From an uncultured bacterium (lineage in GTDB: Bacteria; Margulisbacteria; WOR-1; CAVSGV01): a stretch of DNA of 32,000 nt. The stretch spans positions 90,001 through 122,000 of the forward strand of contig OY969425.1 of NCBI GenBank assembly GCA_963699255.1. The letters are read 5' to 3'. Shown here one piece after another: positions 26,890-32,000 of the stretch. Position numbers and translations under genes: made by a program. The notes under the pieces are model-generated. The model was not told the origin of the DNA. It did no database searches and worked only from the letters and a program-made list of their open reading frames with translations. Positions within the stretch are counted from its first letter, which is position 1. Each line of letters begins with the position of its first letter.

Positions 26890-27933
26890 ATGCATGATAA
26901 AAAACAGATTGTAATGGTGACCGGTGGGGCCGGATACATTGGGGCCGTTCTTGTGAGGGAGCTTTTAAGGCAGGGATATGGGGTCAGAGTATTTGATACG
27001 CTTTATTTCGGGAAAGAATCCCTTTCCGAAATAGAAGATAAGATCGAGATCGTCCGGGGCGATGTTAGGGAGTTCCCCAGCGGGGCATTAAGCGGCGTCT
27101 CCTCTGTTATTCATCTTGGTTCGCTTTCAAATGATCCCACCGCGGAATTCGACCCGAAATCAAACCATGAGATAAACTGCGAGGGGACAAAGCGCGTTGC
27201 CGAAGCCTGTAAGAAGGCCGGGGTAAAAAGAATGACCTTCGCTTCTTCCGCGGCCGTTTACGGTTTTCATGTCGGCAGCGTTGCCGATGAGGGATTCAGA
27301 ACTAATCCTCAATCGGAATACGCGCAGTCAAAGCTTGATGCCGAAAAAGCGCTGTTGGAATTGGCGGACGGCGGATTTTGCCCCGTTATTCTTCGCCAGG
27401 CGACGGTATTCGGCCTTTCAACCCGGATGAGATGGGACCTGGTCGTGAATACGATGACAAAGGATGCTTTTAGCAAGAAGAAGCTAACTGTTTTTTGCGA
27501 AGGAGAGAATTGGAGGCCGCTTGTTTCGGTGAATGATGTCGCGAGAGCGCACATACGATGCATGGTAGCTCCGGAATCAAAGGTCAGGGGCCAGATTTTC
27601 AATGTTGTACATGAGAACCTGATGATACTTGAACTCGCAGGTTTAATGAAAGGATATCTTGATAAAAAGCAGAGGATCGAAGTTGAGGTCCTTTCCGGAG
27701 CGAAAGAGTCAAGAAGTTACAGGGTATCCGGCGAGAATATCAAGAAAGTTCTGGGCTTTGAGACGAAGTTCGGCATCGAAGACGCGGTGAACGAAATATA
27801 TTCGGCGCTTCTGCTGGGCCTCTATACGGATTTTGAGAACCCGATCTATTATAATATCGAATGGATGAAACTGCTGGCGGAAAGATCGAAAAAATCAAGC
27901 CTGGCAGGATACGGCACAAAAGGAGCCGCATGA
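26890..27933 (+). CDS. NAD-dependent epimerase/dehydratase (SDR)
   Basis: 'QIVMVTGGAGYIGAVLVRELLRQGYGVRVFDTLYFG', 'SSAAVYGFH', 'YAQSKLDAEKALLE'; CGGAG upstream of ATG 26890, track start 26833 too early. Confidence 0.88.
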   Translation: MHDKKQIVMVTGGAGYIGAVLVRELLRQGYGVRVFDTLYFGKESLSEIEDKIEIVRGDVREFPSGALSGVSSVIHLGSLSNDPTAEFDPKSNHEINCEGTKRVAEACKKAGVKRMTFASSAAVYGFHVGSVADEGFRTNPQSEYAQSKLDAEKALLELADGGFCPVILRQATVFGLSTRMRWDLVVNTMTKDAFSKKKLTVFCEGENWRPLVSVNDVARAHIRCMVAPESKVRGQIFNVVHENLMILELAGLMKGYLDKKQRIEVEVLSGAKESRSYRVSGENIKKVLGFETKFGIEDAVNEIYSALLLGLYTDFENPIYYNIEWMKLLAERSKKSSLAGYGTKGAA

Positions 27934-28796
27934 AAATCCTTCTGATAGGCGCGGACGGGCAGCTAGGCACGGACATTCAAAAAGTGATAGACAGATCAGA
28001 ACTTATCCCTCTTACTATTGCTGACATTGATGTTACAAAAAAAGAAAGCATTTCGTCGGTTATCGGCAGGCATAAACCGGATATCGTTATCAACACATCC
28101 GCGTACCACAGGGTGGATGATTGTGAGGACAATGATGAACTTGCTTTCGCGGTCAATGCCATTGGCGTGAAGAACCTCTGTCTGTCCTGCAGGGAAAATG
28201 ATGCCGCGCTGGTCCATATAAGCACGGATTATGTTTTTGACGGCAGGAAGGGCAAGCCGTATTTCGAAACGGATTGTCCGAATCCCGGCACCGTATACGG
28301 CATTTCAAAGCTCGCGGGCGAGCTTTATGTGAGATACATGGTGAAGAAATATTTTCTTATCAGGTCATGTGGACTGTTCGGAGTGGCAGGATGCCTCGGC
28401 AAAGGCGGAGGGAATTTTATCGAGTCCATGCTCAAGCTTGGAAAAGAAAAGCCCGTATTAAGGGTCGTCGCCGACCAGATAGTCGGACCTACATATACCC
28501 TGGACCTGGCGAGCAAGATCAATGACCTTATCAGGACAGAATACTATGGCCTTTATCATGTCACAAATAAAGGAAAGTGCAGCTGGTATGACTTCGCGAA
28601 AAAAATATTCGAGTTGACCGGCACAAGAGTGAAGATCGAAAAGGCGACCACGTCGGAGTTCAAAGCAAAAGCCACAAGGCCGGCATATTCGGTCCTTGAG
28701 CACGGGAGTTTGAAGAAGGTCGGCCTTGATGACATGCGCACCTGGGATAAGGCGCTGGAAGCGTATCTCGAAGAAAAGAAACGGATAAATGGTTGA
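27930..28796 (+). CDS. rfbD: dTDP-4-dehydrorhamnose reductase
   Basis: 'MKILLIGADGQLGTDIQKVID', 'PDIVINTSAYHRVDDCEDN', 'STDYVFDGRKGKPYFETDCPNPGTVYGISKLAGE'; AGGAG before ATG 27930. Confidence 0.88.
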   Translation: MKILLIGADGQLGTDIQKVIDRSELIPLTIADIDVTKKESISSVIGRHKPDIVINTSAYHRVDDCEDNDELAFAVNAIGVKNLCLSCRENDAALVHISTDYVFDGRKGKPYFETDCPNPGTVYGISKLAGELYVRYMVKKYFLIRSCGLFGVAGCLGKGGGNFIESMLKLGKEKPVLRVVADQIVGPTYTLDLASKINDLIRTEYYGLYHVTNKGKCSWYDFAKKIFELTGTRVKIEKATTSEFKAKATRPAYSVLEHGSLKKVGLDDMRTWDKALEAYLEEKKRING

Positions 28797-29679
28797 TGTC
28801 TCGATCTGTATCGTAAATTACAACGCTAAAGATTTCCTGGATAACTGCATAAGATCCATCTTCGGCTCCATAAAAGACCGTTCCTATGAGGTCATAGTTG
28901 TTGACAACGCCTCGACCGATGGATCGCGGGAGATAGCGAAGAAATATCCGAGCATAAGATACATCCAAAATCCTTCAAACCTTGGATTCATTAAGGCCAA
29001 CAATATCGGGATAAAGAGTTCCGGCGGCAGATATGTCCTTTCCTTGAATAACGATACTGTGATAAAGAATGGCGCGATAGAAAAGATGGTGGATTTCATG
29101 GACAAGACTTCTGACGCGGGCGCTGTCGGCCCCAAACTGTTGAACAGCGACGGATCCATACAGATGCAGTGCAGAAGAGGGTTCCCGACGCCTTCAAGTT
29201 CACTTTTCTATTTTTTGGGTTTGAGCCGGCTTTTTCCAAAAAGCAAAATTTTCGGGGCCTATCTTCTGACCTATCTTGACGACATCGCGACATCAGAGGT
29301 CGATAGCCTTTGCGGGGCGGCCATGATGGTCCGGCGTGAGGTAATCGACAGTGTCGGGCTTATGGATGAGAACTATTTTATGTACGGAGATGACATAGAC
29401 TGGTGCTACAGGATCAAGCGGGCGGAAATGAAGGTTTATTACCTGCCGGAAGCGGAAATGATCCATTACGGTGGAAGAGGGGGCAGCCGGCGGCAGAGTT
29501 ACCGCAACATATTCGAATTCCATCGCGCGATGGCGGTGTTTTACAGGAAGCACTATTCTAAAGGTTGCCTTTTCCTGATGAACTGGTTTGTTTATGCGGG
29601 AATTTGGCTGAAATGTGCTGTAGAATTGATCCGCAATATGTTCAGGAAAGAAAAGTATGTAGGGACGAAAAAGCCTTAA
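28789..29679 (+). CDS. Glycosyltransferase family 2 (rhamnosyltransferase-like)
   Basis: 'VDVSICIVNYNAKDFLDNCIRSIFGSIKDRSYEVIVVDNASTDGSREI', 'NNDTVIKNG', 'FMYGDDIDWCYRIKRAEMKVYYLPEAEMIHYGG'. Confidence 0.9.
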   Translation: MVDVSICIVNYNAKDFLDNCIRSIFGSIKDRSYEVIVVDNASTDGSREIAKKYPSIRYIQNPSNLGFIKANNIGIKSSGGRYVLSLNNDTVIKNGAIEKMVDFMDKTSDAGAVGPKLLNSDGSIQMQCRRGFPTPSSSLFYFLGLSRLFPKSKIFGAYLLTYLDDIATSEVDSLCGAAMMVRREVIDSVGLMDENYFMYGDDIDWCYRIKRAEMKVYYLPEAEMIHYGGRGGSRRQSYRNIFEFHRAMAVFYRKHYSKGCLFLMNWFVYAGIWLKCAVELIRNMFRKEKYVGTKKP

Positions 29680-29693
29680 AAATGATATAATAA

Positions 29694-29791
29694 CCTCACT
29701 TCTAGCCTCTCTCCTATAAATAGGAGAGAGGAAATGTAACTATAGTTTTGCTTCCCTTCTCCTAATATAGGAGAAGGGCTAGGGATGAGGT
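29694..29791. repeat. 98-bp interspersed paired-hairpin element, copy 2
   Basis: cctcacttctagcctctctcctataaataggagagagg...cttcccttctcctaatataggagaagggctagggatgaggt; same length and fold as 7598-7695. Confidence 0.85.
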
Positions 29792-29801
29792 GGGAGGAAC
29801 T

Positions 29802-30521
29802 ATGAAAGGCGTCATACTGGCTGGCGGGACGGGTTCAAGACTGTATCCTTTGACAAAAGTGACCAACAAACATCTTCTGCCTGTTGCCAGAAAGCCGATG
29901 ATATACCATCCGATCGAGAAACTGAAACAGGCCGGCATCGACGAGATCCTGATCGTGACGGGTGTAGAGCACATGGGGGATGTGGTGACGCTTCTGGGAA
30001 GCGGAAAGGAATTCGGCTGCAGGTTCACATATAAGGTGCAGGATGAAGCAGGAGGGATCGCACAGGCGCTGGGCATTGCGGAACATTTCTCTAACGGGGA
30101 AAAGATCCTGGTTATACTGGGAGATAATATTTTTGAGGAAGATCTATCGAAGATCGTATCTAAATTCGAGGGACAATCGTCCGGAGCAAAGCTGTTACTG
30201 AAAGAAGTAAAAGATCCGAACAGGTTCGGAGTCGCTGAGATCAAGGGGGATAAGATAGTCGGGATCGAGGAAAAGCCCAAAAAACCGAAAAGCAACCTGA
30301 TAGTGACAGGCATATACATGTACAACACCGACGTTTTCAAGATCATTAGAAAGCTAAGACCATCCACAAGGGGAGAACTGGAAATAACCGATGTGAACAA
30401 TGAATACATAAAACGCGGAGAAATAACGTATGAGATAATGCGGGGTTGGTGGACCGACGCGGGGACGTTTGAAACTCTTGAGCTGGCAAGCAGACTTGTT
30501 GAAGGGCGAGCGGCAAAGTGA
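29802..30521 (+). CDS. rfbA: Glucose-1-phosphate thymidylyltransferase
   Basis: 'MKGVILAGGTGSRLYPLTKVTNKHLLPVARKPMIYHPIEKL', 'ILGDNIFEEDL', 'RGWWTDAGTFETL'; GGGAGG before ATG 29802. Confidence 0.92.
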   Translation: MKGVILAGGTGSRLYPLTKVTNKHLLPVARKPMIYHPIEKLKQAGIDEILIVTGVEHMGDVVTLLGSGKEFGCRFTYKVQDEAGGIAQALGIAEHFSNGEKILVILGDNIFEEDLSKIVSKFEGQSSGAKLLLKEVKDPNRFGVAEIKGDKIVGIEEKPKKPKSNLIVTGIYMYNTDVFKIIRKLRPSTRGELEITDVNNEYIKRGEITYEIMRGWWTDAGTFETLELASRLVEGRAAK

Positions 30522-31543
30522 AAAGGATACTGGTCACAGGCGGCTGCGGATTCATCGGCAGCAATTTTATCAGACATGTAATCAATAAGGATTACTTCAT
30601 CTGCAACCTTGATGATCTGACCTACGCGGGCAATCTTGAGAATCTAAGTGACATTGCCGGCAAAAAGAACTACAGGTTCGTTAAGGGGGATATCGGCGAT
30701 CCGAAGATGGTCCGGAAGACGCTGACAGATTTTCACATTGACGCTATCATTAATTTTGCAGCTGAATCGCATGTTGACAGGAGCATATTAGGGCCCGAGA
30801 TATTCACAAGAACGAACGTTCTGGGCGCTCAGGTGCTTCTTGATGTTTCCCGGGAGCTGTGGTCAAAGAACTCCTTCAGCGGGAATAAGTTCATTCAAGT
30901 CTCCACAGATGAGGTTTACGGCTCTCTTGGCAGAACGGGCAAGTTCAGGGAAGACACGCCTCTCTCGGCGAACAGCCCTTATTCCGCGAGCAAAGCGGCT
31001 GCCGACCTTCTGGCCATGTCGTATCATAATACGTTCGGTTTTCCGGCGGTCATATCCAGGTGTTCAAATAACTACGGGCCTTATCAGTTTCCGGAGAAGT
31101 TCATACCTTTAATGATCATCAACGCGCTGTCAGGGCGTAGGCTTCCCGTATATGGGGACGGCTTGAACGTAAGGGACTGGCTGCATGTGGAGGACCATTG
31201 CAGCGCGATTGAAACCATACTTAAGAAAGGGAAGATCGGGGAGGTCTACAATATCGGCGGAAGCAACGAATGGAAGAACATCGATGTGGTCAAAGAAATA
31301 TTGAAGCTCCTCAACAAACCCGAATCGCTCATTGATTTTGTGACCGACAGGCTCGGGCACGATAGGCGGTACGCCATGGATGCGGGAAAGATCAGGAAAG
31401 AACTTGGATGGTGGCCAAAGCACAGGTTTGATGAGGGATTGAAGGAGACGATAGGGTGGTATCTGGAAAACAAAAGCTGGTGGAAGAAGATAATCAGCGG
31501 CGAATATAAGAGCTACTACAAGAAAATGTATAATGAAAGATGA
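30518..31543 (+). CDS. rfbB: dTDP-glucose 4,6-dehydratase
   Basis: 'RILVTGGCGFIGSNFIRHVINKD', 'INFAAESHVDRSILGPEIFTRTNVLG', 'VSTDEVYGSLG', 'RCSNNYGPYQFPEKFIPLMI'. Confidence 0.96.
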   Translation: MKRILVTGGCGFIGSNFIRHVINKDYFICNLDDLTYAGNLENLSDIAGKKNYRFVKGDIGDPKMVRKTLTDFHIDAIINFAAESHVDRSILGPEIFTRTNVLGAQVLLDVSRELWSKNSFSGNKFIQVSTDEVYGSLGRTGKFREDTPLSANSPYSASKAAADLLAMSYHNTFGFPAVISRCSNNYGPYQFPEKFIPLMIINALSGRRLPVYGDGLNVRDWLHVEDHCSAIETILKKGKIGEVYNIGGSNEWKNIDVVKEILKLLNKPESLIDFVTDRLGHDRRYAMDAGKIRKELGWWPKHRFDEGLKETIGWYLENKSWWKKIISGEYKSYYKKMYNER

Positions 31544-31544
31544 A

Positions 31545-31649
31545 GAGCCCGCGACTGAACGTCGCGGCTCCAATTAGTTTTCTGGGCGCGACTAGAATTG
31601 GCTGAACCGATTTAGTTAGTTGGAGCCGAGGCGTTTAGCCTCGGGGCTC
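31545..31649. repeat. Paired-hairpin, MITE/REP-like element with about 30-bp imperfect terminal inverted repeats
   Basis: 5' arm GAGCCCGCGACTGAACGTCGCGGCTCCAA; reverse complement of 3' arm GAGCCCCGAGGCTAAACGCCTCGGCTCCAA. Confidence 0.8.
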
Positions 31650-31660
31650 AGAGATAAAAG

Positions 31661-32000
31661 ATGAAAACAGCTTTAGTTCATGATTATTTAAACCAGGCCG
31701 GCGGGGCTGAAAGAGTCGTAGAATGTCTCCACGAAGCCTTCCCGCAAGCCCCGATATTTACATCAATTTATGACAGGAAGAGAATGCCTGACATTTTCAA
31801 GACCATGGATATCAGGACGTCATTTATGCAGCACCTTCCTTTCGTGATGAAACACTTCAAAAAATATCTTCCGCTTTATCCTTTTGCGTTCGAGAGCTTC
31901 AACCTGTCAGGTTACGATCTGATACTTTCGAGCAGCAGCGCGTGGGGAAAAGGCATCAAAAAGGGTAAAGGTGCGTTGCATATATGCTATTGCCATTCTC
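31661..32000 (+). CDS. Glycosyltransferase family 4, N-terminal part (runs off window end)
   Basis: MKTALVHDYLNQAGGAERVVECLHEAFPQAPIFTSIYDRKRMPDIFKTMDIRTSFMQHLPFVMKHFKKYLPLYPFAFESFNLSGYDLILSSSSAWGKGIKKGKGALHICYCHS; absent from the ORF track because it has no stop in the window. Confidence 0.85.
   Translation, partial: MKTALVHDYLNQAGGAERVVECLHEAFPQAPIFTSIYDRKRMPDIFKTMDIRTSFMQHLPFVMKHFKKYLPLYPFAFESFNLSGYDLILSSSSAWGKGIKKGKGALHICYCHS

Noticed and set aside
29762-30577. 271-aa minus-strand ORF overlapping rfbA
   Set aside because: Antisense of strongly conserved rfbA with Ser/Pro/Leu-rich low-information translation.
1-32000. CRISPR arrays, tRNA/rRNA genes, transposases, toxin-antitoxin or defence genes
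   Set aside because: Scanned by eye and through the ORF list; no direct-repeat arrays, no recognisable RNA genes and no proteins with such signatures were found.

Overview
This window looks like an ordinary, densely packed chromosomal region of a bacterium I cannot place from sequence alone. Left part (1-9449): flagellar basal-body/export operon (fliE 3' end, fliF, fliG-like, fliH, fliI, fliJ), convergent rpmB (L28), then recG, rsmD, coaD, a small coiled-coil gene and rph. Right part (9453-32000): a large surface-glycan locus with UDP-glucuronate/UDP-xylose synthesis, an apparently complete GDP-D-glycero-alpha-D-manno-heptose set (gmhA, hddA, gmhB, hddC), a Wzx-like flippase, an O-antigen polymerase/ligase-like protein, several GT2/GT4/GT-C-like glycosyltransferases and dTDP-rhamnose genes (rfbA, rfbB, rfbD; no rfbC seen). 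I found no CRISPR array, defence system, phage, transposase or RNA gene. The most interesting signals are: (1) a fliG-like gene with a one-base frame break that also lacks the C-terminal torque domain; (2) two 98-bp interspersed elements (7598-7695 and 29694-29791) that are inverted pairs of hairpins with compensatory base changes, each sitting exactly between a stop codon and the next gene's Shine-Dalgarno; (3) further paired-hairpin elements at 31545-31649 and 4932-4999 built on the same plan but with different sequence; (4) a frame break in a GT2 gene at about 18585-18603; (5) an AT-richer, opposite-strand three-gene island (21012-23666) including a STELLO/DUF288-like protein. I do not see a convincing new multi-gene system; the hairpin-pair elements are the best candidate for under-described biology.
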